Below the pieces are notes generated by a model. It had not been told where the DNA came from and made no database searches. It saw only the letters and a list, made by a program, of their open reading frames with translations. Positions 27,750-37,295 of a stretch of 64,000 nt of DNA are shown one piece after another (the stretch's first letter is position 1; the number at the start of each line of letters is the position of its first letter). The translations under genes and the position numbers were made by a program. Source of the stretch: Bacteroidaceae bacterium (GTDB taxonomy: Bacteria > Bacteroidota > Bacteroidia > Bacteroidales > Marinilabiliaceae); the NCBI GenBank assembly GCA_963618945.1, contig CAVETY010000007.1, positions 4,486 to 68,485 of the forward strand, given 5' to 3'.

Positions 27750-30296
27750 CTACTCCTGTACAGGAGCTTCATCTTCCGATCCACCGTTATCTGCTGGTTG
27801 TTGGTTTTGTTCCGGGACTGAGCTTTCTATGCCTTCCTCCTCGGCCTCCTCGTCATCCATATGGGGGACAATGGTGCCACTGGCGATCCGGTCATTCTTC
27901 TTGCTCAGGTTAATCAGGCTCAGACCTTGAGTATTACGACTTGTAGTCTTGATATCCGTGGCCTTGATGCGGATTGTGATACCGCTCTTATTGATAATCA
28001 TGAGATCGTCATCATCTGTCATGATATCAATTGCCACAAGATCACCAGTCTTGTCAGTAATCTTTATAGTCTTGACACCCTTACAGCCGCGGCTATTGAC
28101 AGGGTACTCGCTTATCGCAGTCCTCTTGCCGAAGCCCTTCTGTGAAAGTGCGAAAATATCACCTGCGTCATCAGGGTCAACAGCTACAAAGCCTACTACT
28201 TGATTACCCTCGCCAAGGTTGACACCCCTTACGCCCATGCCTGAGCGGCCGACAGAACGGACTGAAGCCTCTGGGAAACGGACAGCACGTCCGTCTGAAG
28301 TGGCAAGCATAAGCTGTTTGCTTCCGTCTGTGAGGACAGCCTTGAGCAGCTCGTCGCCCTCACGGATGGTCACGGCAATGACACCATTAGCGCGTGGGCG
28401 AGAATACTCAGACAAGCTCGTACGCTTGACGACACCTTGCTTTGTGGCGAGTATGATGTAGTGACTTTGGGTAAACTCGGAATTATTAAGTCCGCGGACA
28501 TTAATAAAGGCCTTGACCGCATCATCACTCTCAATATTGAGCAGATTCTGGATAGCCCTGCCCTTGTTGATCTTATTGCCCTCAGGAATATCATAGACCT
28601 TGTACCAGAAGCAGCGACCCTTGTTCGTGAAGAACATCATGGTGTCATGCATCTTGGCATAATATATATGCTCAATGAAATCCTGATCGCGAGTGCTTGA
28701 GCCGCGTGAGCCTATGCCGCCCCTGTTCTGAGTCTTAAACTCGGTCAGTGAAGTACGCTTGACGTAACCCATGTGGGATACAGTCACAACGACGTCGTCA
28801 TCGGCATAGAAATCCTCGGGATTAAACTCATCCTCAGAGTATTCGATATTTGTCCTGCGCTCATCGCCATACTTCTCCCTGATCTCAAGAAGCTCATCTT
28901 TGATAACACCCATCTGCATGGATTCGTCAGCGAGCAATCGGGTGAGGTAATCGATATAGTCTGTCACCTTCTTAAACTCATCGTGAAGTTTATCCTGCTC
29001 CAAGCCGGTGAGCTGTCCGAGCCTCATCTCTACGATGGCGCGAGACTGGACCTCAGAAAGGTTGAAACGCTCCATGAGTTTTTGGCGAGCCTCATCCCTG
29101 CTGCTTGCGGCACGGATGATATGCACAACCTCATCAATATTGTCGCTTGCAATGATGAGACCTTGCAGAATGTGAGCGCGCTCCTCAGCCTTACGTTTCT
29201 CATACACAGCTCGGCGGACAACCACATCATGGCGGTGCTCAACAAAGCACTGGATGATATCCTTAAGGTTGAGCAGCTTAGGACGTCCGCCGACAAGGGC
29301 GATGTTGTTTACGCCAAAGCTTGATTGAAGCTGGGTATTCTTGAAGAGGTGGTTGAGAACGACATTGGGAATGGCATCCTTGCGAATCTCAATGACAATT
29401 CGCATACCGTCCTTGTCACTCTCATCGCGAAGATTGGTGATGCCGTCAAGTTTCTTGGCGTTGACAAGCTCAGCAATTTTCTTGATAAGGTCGGACTTGA
29501 CGACCATGTAGGGTATCTCAGTGATGACGATACTCTCATGGTCATTAACCTTCTCTATCTCATATTTGGAGCGGATGACGATACGTCCACGGCCTGTGAG
29601 ATAACCATCTCGGACACCAGAGTAGCCGACAATAGTGCCACCGGTCGGGAAGTCAGGAGCCTTGATTATCTTGATAAGCTCCTCAATATCAACATCCTTA
29701 TTCTCAACATACGCGATACAAGCGTCGATAGCGTCCTTTATGTTGTGGGGGGCCATCATAGTCGCCATACCGACGGCGATACCCGAGGCTCCGTTGACCA
29801 ACAGATTAGGTATACGGGTCGGGAGCACCGAAGGCTCGTCAAGGCTCTCATCAAAGTTCTTGACCATATCGACAGTCTCCTTGTCGAGATCAAGCATCAT
29901 GTCCTCAGCTATGCGCTGGAGCCTCGCCTCCGTATATCGCATTGCCGCCGCCGAGTCACCGTCGACTGAGCCAAAATTGCCCTGGCCGTCAACAAGGGGA
30001 TAACGCAGAGCCCAAGGCTGAGCCATGTGCACGAGCGCGCCATAGACAGACGAATCGCCATGCGGGTGGTACTTACCGAGTACGTCACCGACAATACGAG
30101 CTGATTTCTTGTATGGTTTGTCAGATGTGACGCCCAATTCATCCATGCCGAAAAGGATGCGACGGTGGACAGGCTTGAAGCCATCTCGCGCATCAGGCAA
30201 GGCACGGGCGACAATCACCGACATCGAGTAGTCGATGTAGGCGGATTTCATCTGCTCCTCAATTTTTATAGGGACAATCCTTTCTCCTTCTGCCAT
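27750..30296 (-). CDS. gyrA: DNA gyrase subunit A
   Basis: [26 protein letters not shown], active-site [10 protein letters not shown], a GyrA-box-like [10 protein letters not shown] and an acidic C-terminal tail. Start placed at ATG 30294-30296. Confidence 0.97.
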   Translation of the reverse strand: MAEGERIVPIKIEEQMKSAYIDYSMSVIVARALPDARDGFKPVHRRILFGMDELGVTSDKPYKKSARIVGDVLGKYHPHGDSSVYGALVHMAQPWALRYPLVDGQGNFGSVDGDSAAAMRYTEARLQRIAEDMMLDLDKETVDMVKNFDESLDEPSVLPTRIPNLLVNGASGIAVGMATMMAPHNIKDAIDACIAYVENKDVDIEELIKIIKAPDFPTGGTIVGYSGVRDGYLTGRGRIVIRSKYEIEKVNDHESIVITEIPYMVVKSDLIKKIAELVNAKKLDGITNLRDESDKDGMRIVIEIRKDAIPNVVLNHLFKNTQLQSSFGVNNIALVGGRPKLLNLKDIIQCFVEHRHDVVVRRAVYEKRKAEERAHILQGLIIASDNIDEVVHIIRAASSRDEARQKLMERFNLSEVQSRAIVEMRLGQLTGLEQDKLHDEFKKVTDYIDYLTRLLADESMQMGVIKDELLEIREKYGDERRTNIEYSEDEFNPEDFYADDDVVVTVSHMGYVKRTSLTEFKTQNRGGIGSRGSSTRDQDFIEHIYYAKMHDTMMFFTNKGRCFWYKVYDIPEGNKINKGRAIQNLLNIESDDAVKAFINVRGLNNSEFTQSHYIILATKQGVVKRTSLSEYSRPRANGVIAVTIREGDELLKAVLTDGSKQLMLATSDGRAVRFPEASVRSVGRSGMGVRGVNLGEGNQVVGFVAVDPDDAGDIFALSQKGFGKRTAISEYPVNSRGCKGVKTIKITDKTGDLVAIDIMTDDDDLMIINKSGITIRIKATDIKTTSRNTQGLSLINLSKKNDRIASGTIVPHMDDEEAEEEGIESSVPEQNQQPADNGGSEDEAPVQE

Positions 30297-30449
30297 TCTA
30301 ATTAAATGAATTACACATAGATGCGCATAAGGCGCAAGAAGTTTCACCAATCTTGGCCGCGCAAGCTGAATGAGTCGTCAGCAAGCTCTGGAAAAGCTCC
30401 ACAGACAGCCCCATTCACCCTACTAAGTTACTACTTTTTTAACCGATGG

Positions 30450-30457
30450 CAAAACTA
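30450..30457 (-). promoter_or_regulatory. Candidate -7 box (TAGTTTTG on minus strand) upstream of gyrA
   Basis: Exact TAnnTTTG match, but 154 nt upstream of the ATG. Confidence 0.25.
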
Positions 30458-30630
30458 TATGGCCATTTTCAGGCGCAGAAAGGCCGTTTTTCGGCTTCAC
30501 TGAGCGAAACCGACCAAGTGGCGGATTTGGATGCATGGCAGAGAAAATACCCACCGAAAAAGAAATACACCCGTCAGCTAAAATTTCCTCGTTTGCATAA
30601 AGTCTCTCTTTATGCCACAAATGACAAAAT

Positions 30631-30659
30631 AAAAAAACTCCCCGACTCACGTCGGGAAG
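30631..30659 (-). terminator. Rho-independent terminator about 160 nt downstream of the small membrane-protein gene
   Basis: The minus strand reads cttcccgac-gtga-gtcggggag followed by TTTTTTT. Confidence 0.6.
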
Positions 30660-30821
30660 TTGTCCTAACCTAACCCAAATTCATGAAAAAACTTGAGGAG
30701 ACTTTGATAGTCTCTGAGTGCAATTATAATTATTTTTCATCCAATAAAAAAATTTAGATTGGATATTTTCGCAACCTCGTGGATCGAGTCCGCATCGCCT
30801 TTTGAAGGAGACACGGGAGTC

Positions 30822-31040
30822 CTAACGAGCCAAAATCCATTTGAAAATATACAGATATATGGCTAAGGCATAAAGGGTGCCAAGTGTAACCCACTCGACC
30901 CATTCATAAGGCGCATTTGATGAATTTCCACCATGCCGTATTGCTTTCACGACATTGGTGAGGAATGGCGGGACACAAATAACAAGGAACAAGAAAAAGA
31001 TGTGCCCGAAAATCCTTAATACGAAGTCAGCGGTAATCAT
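30822..31040 (-). CDS. Small two-TM membrane protein, hypothetical
   Basis: 72 aa from ATG 31038-31040 (the track start is TTG). It has two hydrophobic helices (FGHIFFLFLVICVPPFL; VTLGTLYALAIYLYIF). Confidence 0.45.
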   Translation of the reverse strand: MITADFVLRIFGHIFFLFLVICVPPFLTNVVKAIRHGGNSSNAPYEWVEWVTLGTLYALAIYLYIFKWILAR

Positions 31041-31183
31041 AGGCAACTCTATTTATTGGTTCCCTACATATTACGGCCTTTAGGTTAATTTGTTGCGATA
31101 ACATTTGCGTTATTCAACGCAAGCAACATCAAAAACTCGCACTACGCGACAAAAAAAACCTATGCCACCACAAAAGAAGCTTC

Positions 31184-32191
31184 TTAATATAGGTTCTTCT
31201 TAAAAGCCACAGTGTCCACGCGATGCATAACGCAACGCTCCCAGAAGTTGTAGATAAGCCCCAAGCCGTAACCCACTATTTGACATGCGCCAGCCCACAC
31301 ACTCATCAACGCTACTTGATAGTTGTGGAATGTTCGATTCGCATCGACAAAAATAAGCGCACCATAGGCTACTATGGGCAAAACAAAGAGCAGGGACTTG
31401 AAAACTACGCAAAGAACGAGAAGCGCCACTAACGTAAGCACTGCAAACGACGGGAGCAGATGCACAAGCTTGATGGCCCCCTTATGACGACGCGCGATGT
31501 CAATTCGAGCTGTGCCAGAGCAGAAAGTCTGCTTGAAAAAAGAGCGGAATGTCGAGCGCCTCTTATGGTACACGAAAGTCTCACTGACAAGCCCTAACTT
31601 ACCACCAGCCTCTTTGACACGGAGGCTGAAATCAATATCCTCACCATAACGCATTGACGAATCGAAACCGCCAACCTTATTAAACATATCCCGACGAACT
31701 CCCATGCTGTAGCTCCGCGGATAGAACTCATCCATCTTACCACCTTTACTGCCACCGCGTATGCCACCCGTGGTGAACATGGATGTCATGGAATAAGAGA
31801 TGGCTTTCTGAATGGGAGAGAAGAACTTATGGGCCGCATCCCTCGTTCCGAAGCAATCGAAACCATTCGCTACAATGGAGTCATGAATCTTGTCCAGGAA
31901 ATCAGAGGGGAGGGCGCAGTCGGAGTCAAAGAAAAAGAGGTACTCGCCCTCAGCCTCCTGCGCACCACGATTACGAGCCGCAGATGGACCTGCATTTTCC
32001 TGTTGTATATATTTAATCTTCAGCTGCTTCTGGAATTGCGAAACAGACTCCTCGCTTGTGAGCGTAGAGCCATCCTCGACCACAATGACCTCTGTCCTAT
32101 CTTTGAAATGCTGGATTGTGAGAGAATCAAGCAATTCCTTCAGTTCTTCAGGCCTGTTGTAGACGGGCACAATGATGGAAACCTTTATCAT
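31184..32191 (-). CDS. Family 2 glycosyltransferase with C-terminal membrane anchor helices
   Basis: VSIIVPVYNRPEEL, VVEDGS, a DSD (FFFDSDC) and C-terminal TM helices. Start placed at ATG 32189-32191. Confidence 0.85.
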   Translation of the reverse strand: MIKVSIIVPVYNRPEELKELLDSLTIQHFKDRTEVIVVEDGSTLTSEESVSQFQKQLKIKYIQQENAGPSAARNRGAQEAEGEYLFFFDSDCALPSDFLDKIHDSIVANGFDCFGTRDAAHKFFSPIQKAISYSMTSMFTTGGIRGGSKGGKMDEFYPRSYSMGVRRDMFNKVGGFDSSMRYGEDIDFSLRVKEAGGKLGLVSETFVYHKRRSTFRSFFKQTFCSGTARIDIARRHKGAIKLVHLLPSFAVLTLVALLVLCVVFKSLLFVLPIVAYGALIFVDANRTFHNYQVALMSVWAGACQIVGYGLGLIYNFWERCVMHRVDTVAFKKNLY

Positions 32192-32275
32192 ATTGAACAC
32201 CAGAGCGCGAAAGATTAAAAAAAAGCCCGTGAGGATAAGGTGCGACCTATCCCACGGGCGAAAGTCTAAAAGAGG

Positions 32276-32695
32276 TTAGGCCTCAGCCTTCTGCTCCTCA
32301 TTTTCCTCATCATCGACACCAGATACAAGTCCATGAGCGAGGAGAATGTTGTACCACGAGACAAGCTTCTTTATGTCAGAGACATAGATGCGGTCAGCGT
32401 CCCACTCGGGAAGGGCCTTAGCCATGAAAGCCTTGAGCTCCTCGTTTGAAGAGGTGGCAGGGATGCACTCCTTGCCGCCAGTGAGATTGAAAATGTTAGC
32501 CATGACATGGCTGAGACGGACATCGCCGTCAACCGTGTACATAGAAATCTCCTGAAGAGCAGAGACACGGGCGGTGCCACTGACAGGGAGTCGCTTGCCA
32601 TCGGCAAGGCTCTCGACGATTATATTGTTCTTACCCTGAGATACGAGCTTGAAGAGGCCGCTCTTGCCAGATATGGAAAGAATACCGTTAAGCAT
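32276..32695 (-). CDS. DUF5606 domain-containing protein
   Basis: MLNGILSISGKSGLFKLVSQGKNNIIVESL and IKKLVSWYNIL match the conserved Bacteroidota DUF5606 pattern. Confidence 0.75.
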   Translation of the reverse strand: MLNGILSISGKSGLFKLVSQGKNNIIVESLADGKRLPVSGTARVSALQEISMYTVDGDVRLSHVMANIFNLTGGKECIPATSSNEELKAFMAKALPEWDADRIYVSDIKKLVSWYNILLAHGLVSGVDDEENEEQKAEA

Positions 32696-32733
32696 TTCCT
32701 AAGTTAGTATAGTTTATTTTACGTAATTAGGCG

Positions 32734-32741
32734 CAAAGATA
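32734..32741 (-). promoter_or_regulatory. -7 promoter box (TATCTTTG on minus strand) upstream of the DUF5606 gene
   Basis: Exact TAnnTTTG match, 39 nt upstream of the ATG at 32695. Confidence 0.45.
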
Positions 32742-32761
32742 GTCGTATTGGCTCAACTTGC

Positions 32762-32807
32762 AAAATAAAAGCCCCGTGGAAAACCTTTTAGGGTATTTCC
32801 TCGGGGC
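32762..32807 (-). terminator. Rho-independent terminator after the RRM-protein gene
   Basis: Composite stem gccccg+ggaaa / tttcc+cggggc, followed on the minus strand by TTTTATTTTG. Confidence 0.5.
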
Positions 32808-32885
32808 GAACCGTGTGCTTTTGCCGTGGCAAATATATCTTTAACCCAGCCTCACAGAGTGCGACGTCTGGGCTACAAATGATAC

Positions 32886-33164
32886 TTACTGGCGGGGGCC
32901 GCGATTGTAGGCGGGACGCTCCTCGCGTGGACGAGCCTCGGAAGTAGCGATGTTGCGACCCTTGAACTCGTAACCGTCAAGCTCCGCGATTGCGGTCTTG
33001 GCAGCCTCGTCGTCGGGCATCTCAACAAAGCCGAAGCCCTTGCTGCGATGAGTCTCACGATCGGTGATGATGCGAGCAGATGAAACCTCACCGTACTTGC
33101 TGAAAAGTTCGCTGAGCTCCTCTTCCTTGGTGTTGTAGTTCAGCTTTGCTACGAAAATATTCAT
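32886..33164 (-). CDS. RRM-type single-domain RNA-binding protein
   Basis: RNP2 IFVAKL and RNP1 KGFGFVEM, with an Arg/Pro-rich tail. Confidence 0.9.
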   Translation of the reverse strand: MNIFVAKLNYNTKEEELSELFSKYGEVSSARIITDRETHRSKGFGFVEMPDDEAAKTAIAELDGYEFKGRNIATSEARPREERPAYNRGPRQ

Positions 33165-33316
33165 TACTGAATGTAAATAGGTTATGGTAAAAAATTGTTG
33201 ATGTAAAGTTAGACCATTTTATTTTGTACGCAACCTAAAGTAGACATTTTTTTCTGTAAATTTCCCAAATAAGTGTTTTAACATTTGACACACAATGGAG
33301 TGCGGATTTTTTATAC

Positions 33317-33324
33317 TAAATTTG
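33317..33324 (+). promoter_or_regulatory. -7 promoter box TAAATTTG upstream of the small OMP gene
   Basis: Exact TAnnTTTG match, 27 nt upstream of the ATG at 33351. Confidence 0.45.
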
Positions 33325-33350
33325 GCCCGAAAGACAAAACAAACAATTTT

Positions 33351-33902
33351 ATGAAGAAAGCTATTTTGACTGCTTTAGCATCTGCGGCCATGATGCTTGG
33401 AGGCGTCAACGCTCAGGCGCAAAGCGAGTTCAACAAGGGTGACCTTGCTTTCAATTTGGACTTTAACCTTGGTTCGGACGGAGTCGGAGGCTATAACGGC
33501 GGGAATGGAGCGACAGCCGGCTTCAGTCTGCTTGGCGAGTATGGTTTCATGAATGTCATCAACGAGAAAGGCACGATCTCGGCAGGTCTGCTTTTGGGCG
33601 CAGGTTTCAACAGCGGCAACGTTTATGACTTCAGCCGTGTCAGAATTGGCACCCGCGGAACCCTCCACTACTCCTTCATCCCACAGCTTGACACCTACGC
33701 TGGTCTCAACTTCTGCTTCGTGGACATTGAGAAAGTGAAGCTGCATGACGGATATAACTCCAAGAACACCGATGTCAAATTTGTCGTTCCGGCCATTGTG
33801 GCAGGTTGCCGATATATGTTCACCAGCAATCTCGGCGCAAACTTCGAGTGTTCATGGGATCGCTTCCAGCACATCGCGATTGGTTTGACCTTTAAGTTCT
33901 AA
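33351..33902 (+). CDS. Small outer-membrane beta-barrel protein
   Basis: Signal peptide MKKAILTALASAAMMLGGVNAQA, an alternating beta-strand pattern and a terminal LTFKF beta-signal. Start at ATG 33351. Confidence 0.7.
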   Translation: MKKAILTALASAAMMLGGVNAQAQSEFNKGDLAFNLDFNLGSDGVGGYNGGNGATAGFSLLGEYGFMNVINEKGTISAGLLLGAGFNSGNVYDFSRVRIGTRGTLHYSFIPQLDTYAGLNFCFVDIEKVKLHDGYNSKNTDVKFVVPAIVAGCRYMFTSNLGANFECSWDRFQHIAIGLTFKF

Positions 33903-33941
33903 TCGCAGAGACCTCTAAGTTTAGAGACATTAGAGAAAAGA

Positions 33942-33986
33942 AAACTCCTCCGTCAACCTACACGGCTGGCGGAGGAGTTTAGTTTT
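33942..33986 (+). terminator. Bidirectional rho-independent terminator between the OMP gene and the convergent GH2 gene
   Basis: 11-bp perfect stem aaactcctccg / cggaggagttt, with A-runs upstream and T-runs downstream. Confidence 0.7.
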
Positions 33987-34014
33987 AGAGATTTATTTGG
34001 GTATTTAGTTTTTT

Positions 34015-36420
34015 CTATTGCGCCTTGAGAGTCAACTGGGCAGAGAGGCCGCAATCGTCATCCGTCACACTTACGGTTATTGAGCCCGGCTTATGTGTAG
34101 CACGAACAATAGCGACCAGCTTACCGCTAAAGAGATTCATAGTCTCGCTCACAAAAGGCGTGAGAGACGTGGCGTCGCCATTGCATGAAGCCTGATAAAC
34201 ACCTGCGCCTGAGACTTTAATAGTCATCTTATCGCTGCAAGTGGGAATGAAATTTCCATCCTTGTCAGCAAGCGAAATTGTAATAAAAGCCAGATCGGCC
34301 CCATCTGCAGCAAGAACATTCTTATCGGCCGAAAGCACGATATGCTCGGGGGCTCCAGCTGTTCGAACCGTGTCACGCCCGGTCTCATTTCCGTCAGCGT
34401 CATACGCCACGACGGCAATCTCGCCTGGCTCATATACGACATCATTCCAACGGAGACGATAACGATCAAGCTTACTATCCTTGTTCTTAGAGATCTTACC
34501 ATGGCTCTTTCCGTTAACGAAAAGTTCAGCCGTAGGAGCATCTGTGTAGCAGTAGACAGGAGTAACTTGCCCCTCACGCCCCTGCCAGTTCCAATGTGGG
34601 AGGAGGTGAGTAGTATGCTCTGCCGTATTCCACTGGCTACGATAGAGATAATAGCGATCCTTGGGGAGGCCGGCAAGGTCACAAATGCCGAAGTAACTGC
34701 TGCGACTTGGCCAATAGGTGTCGTATGGGGTTGGCTCGCCAAGATAGTCGAAGCCAGTCCAGACAAACTGGCCAATAGTGTAACTCAAATCATCCTGAGC
34801 TATGAAATCGTCCTCGGGAATATTGCTCCAAGGGCAGTACTCGGTGTCGTAGCTTGAGCATTGCCCGTCATCATAGACCTTACTATCGGACACCTCAACT
34901 GGGAACTTGTATACGCCTCGGCTTGACACGGTCGAGGCGGTCTCAGACCCAAGGATAATACCCTGCGGAAGGCTATCGATACTCTCCTCATAAAGATGGA
35001 CGCGGTAATTCATGCCAACGACATCCTGAAGCTGCGCAAAGTGATTTTTGATAGCCCAATAGATACGATCCATTCCCTGAGTGACAGGGCGCGTCTCGTC
35101 AAGACTATGGCAGAGATTCTGAAGGCGGACAAGGTTCTCTGGGCCCTCAGACATGCCCTGCTCGGGAATTTCGTTACCGATGCTCCACATGATGACAGAC
35201 GGGTGGTTGCGATGACGGCGGACAAGGTTGGCAATATCCTTGTCACTCCACTCCTTAAAGAAGCGAGCATAGCCGTTCTTGCACTTGGGATATATCCACA
35301 TATCGAAACTCTCGGCCATGACCATCATACCAAGCGAATCGCACACGTCCATCTGCATCTTGCTCGGCATGTTATGGGCAGTGCGGATGGCATCGGCACC
35401 CATATCCTTCATAAGCTTGATCTGACGGATGAACGCAGCCTTGTTCTCAGCAGCGCCAAGGGGGCCCAGGTCATGGTGGAGGCAAACACCCTTTATTTTA
35501 CGGGTTTGGCCATTGAGTTGGAAGCCATTCTCCTTAATCACAGACACTGTTCGAATGCCAGTTTTAAAAGTCTGGACGTCGGACTGTTTATCATCGAGCA
35601 ACAAAGAGACGGAGACAGTGTAGAGGTAGGGCTTCTCGGGAGTCCAGAGCTGCGGATCTGAGACATCAACAGTGCCTGAAAATCCACGAAGCGAATCAGC
35701 CCTGATTGTAACAGCGCTGACAAGGTGACCTTCTGCATCGGCAACAGACACGGCCAATTTGGCCTCGGCACCTGACGGGACATCGATTGCATTGGCATTG
35801 ATGGCGAGAGTAGCCATATCCTTTGCTATATTCTTAGTCCTCACGAAAGTACCCCAATCGTCAAGATAGGCACCTGTATTCGTTATAAGTGTCACTGGGC
35901 GATAAAGACCAGCGCCAGGATACCATCTGCTGCTCTCTTCAACATTCTGAAGCTTAACGAGGATGTCATTCTTCTCGCCAACCTTCATGAAAGGCGTCAT
36001 GTCAACCTCAAAGGCATTATAGCCATAGGCCCAATGTCCAGCCTCCGAGCCGTTAACAAAGACGACAGGCTCACTCATAGCCCCGTCAAAAATAAGCCTT
36101 GCCGAGGTTACACCCTTTTCAATGAAAACTGAAGTTTGATACTGCCCCTCACCAATCCAAGGGAGGGAGCCAGAGCGGCCACTCTTCTCTGTCGCCTCAC
36201 TCTCGCCATTCTGCTCAATGGCGACTGTCTGTAAATCCCACTTCTTATCAAATGGGCCAGCTATTGCCCAATCGTGAGGTATCGAGACATCTTGCCATTC
36301 CTGTCCATCACGGCTGAATTGCCAGCCATCTGAGAGAATCCTCTCCGTGCGCACGGGCTGCTCAGAGCAACTGAGCAACGCAAAGCCAAGCGCACCCATA
36401 AGCAAGGCACTAAATTTCAT
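34015..36420 (-). CDS. Glycoside hydrolase family 2 (beta-galactosidase-like) lipoprotein
   Basis: 801 aa with signal LGFALLSCSE and GH2 TIM-barrel motifs AIRTAHN and NHPSVIMWSIGNE (acid/base Glu). Confidence 0.88.
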   Translation of the reverse strand: MKFSALLMGALGFALLSCSEQPVRTERILSDGWQFSRDGQEWQDVSIPHDWAIAGPFDKKWDLQTVAIEQNGESEATEKSGRSGSLPWIGEGQYQTSVFIEKGVTSARLIFDGAMSEPVVFVNGSEAGHWAYGYNAFEVDMTPFMKVGEKNDILVKLQNVEESSRWYPGAGLYRPVTLITNTGAYLDDWGTFVRTKNIAKDMATLAINANAIDVPSGAEAKLAVSVADAEGHLVSAVTIRADSLRGFSGTVDVSDPQLWTPEKPYLYTVSVSLLLDDKQSDVQTFKTGIRTVSVIKENGFQLNGQTRKIKGVCLHHDLGPLGAAENKAAFIRQIKLMKDMGADAIRTAHNMPSKMQMDVCDSLGMMVMAESFDMWIYPKCKNGYARFFKEWSDKDIANLVRRHRNHPSVIMWSIGNEIPEQGMSEGPENLVRLQNLCHSLDETRPVTQGMDRIYWAIKNHFAQLQDVVGMNYRVHLYEESIDSLPQGIILGSETASTVSSRGVYKFPVEVSDSKVYDDGQCSSYDTEYCPWSNIPEDDFIAQDDLSYTIGQFVWTGFDYLGEPTPYDTYWPSRSSYFGICDLAGLPKDRYYLYRSQWNTAEHTTHLLPHWNWQGREGQVTPVYCYTDAPTAELFVNGKSHGKISKNKDSKLDRYRLRWNDVVYEPGEIAVVAYDADGNETGRDTVRTAGAPEHIVLSADKNVLAADGADLAFITISLADKDGNFIPTCSDKMTIKVSGAGVYQASCNGDATSLTPFVSETMNLFSGKLVAIVRATHKPGSITVSVTDDDCGLSAQLTLKAQ

Positions 36421-36496
36421 TATGCTGTTGAATAGGTTTTAAAATGTGTAGAGTATTTTTAGGCAAATTAACCATAAAATATCAACATTTCCAAAA

Positions 36497-36667
36497 CTAT
36501 CCCTCCCTCTTAGCGCAATCGCACTTGGCCTTTGAATGGGGACAATTTGAGCAGCCTTCACATCCCCCACCCTTCGCAGCGCGTTTGACCGTCCTGACAA
36601 TTTTTATGACGCAGTACACGACTGCGGCAAAGACAACAATTCCGACAATAACGTATTGCATAGTCAT
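36497..36667 (-). CDS. FeoB-associated Cys-rich membrane protein-like small ORF (56 aa), absent from the ORF track
   Basis: Hand translation gives MTMQYVIVGIVVFAAVVYCVIKIVRTVKRAAKGGGCEGCSNCPHSKAKCDCAKREG. That is one TM helix, a basic stretch and a Cys-rich tail. It starts 8 nt after the yigZ stop. Confidence 0.6.
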   Translation of the reverse strand: MTMQYVIVGIVVFAAVVYCVIKIVRTVKRAAKGGGCEGCSNCPHSKAKCDCAKREG

Positions 36668-36675
36668 TTAGGTTT

Positions 36676-37278
36676 CTAAGATTCCGACACATTAACGTCA
36701 TCAAGGTCCGTTAATTTGGCGACCAAAGCATCTCGCTCGCCCATGCGGATAGTTATGTCAATCTCACAATCAGTATCGAACTTCTGTGCGATGATTTTTG
36801 CGGAACTGTCTTTTAGCACCTTCATGACGCCATTCATGGCAAGATAGGGGAATGAGATTGCCAAAGCCGCATCGAACGTCCGAGTCACAATCTGAGCATT
36901 TTGCAGACAATCTGCGGTAGCGGTCTTATAGGCGACAATGAGACCACCAGTTCCAAGTTTTATGCCGCCAAAGTAACGGACAACGACAACAACCACATTA
37001 GTAAGCTCGGCCGAGAGAATTTGACCGAGAATGGGGCGGCCCGCAGTTCCTGACGGCTCACCGTCATCACCTACCTTCGTCTCCCCCTCTCCTGGCCCAA
37101 GGCGCCAAGCGTAACAATGGTGACGTGCGTCATGAAACTCTTTCTGTTTGTCACGGACAATGGCTTTTGCCTCGTCAGCAGTAGTCACGTTATATGCAAA
37201 GGCGAGAAAACGGCTTCCCTTCTCTTTATATATGCCTGTGGACTCCTTATCAACCGTTTTATATTCGTCTGTCATCAT
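36676..37278 (-). CDS. yigZ: IMPACT-family protein YigZ
   Basis: GSRFLAFAY, HHCYAWRLG and DDGEPSGTAGRPIL are typical of the UPF0029/YigZ family. Confidence 0.88.
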   Translation of the reverse strand: MMTDEYKTVDKESTGIYKEKGSRFLAFAYNVTTADEAKAIVRDKQKEFHDARHHCYAWRLGPGEGETKVGDDGEPSGTAGRPILGQILSAELTNVVVVVVRYFGGIKLGTGGLIVAYKTATADCLQNAQIVTRTFDAALAISFPYLAMNGVMKVLKDSSAKIIAQKFDTDCEIDITIRMGERDALVAKLTDLDDVNVSES

Positions 37279-37295
37279 TGGGCTTTAGGGATTTA

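Noticed and set aside
30297-30821. 525-bp region upstream of gyrA with short overlapping ORFs on both strands (60-75 aa), considered for a hidden gene or sRNA
   Set aside because: The ORFs overlap each other, lack motifs and have TTG/GTG-type starts. The only solid signal is a minus-strand terminator at 30631-30659, which is most simply the end of the transcript of the upstream small membrane-protein gene.
36444-36671. 75-aa plus-strand ORF between GH2 and yigZ
   Set aside because: It is the antisense image of the 56-aa Cys-rich membrane ORF, which has a recognisable architecture and sits in operon register on the minus strand.
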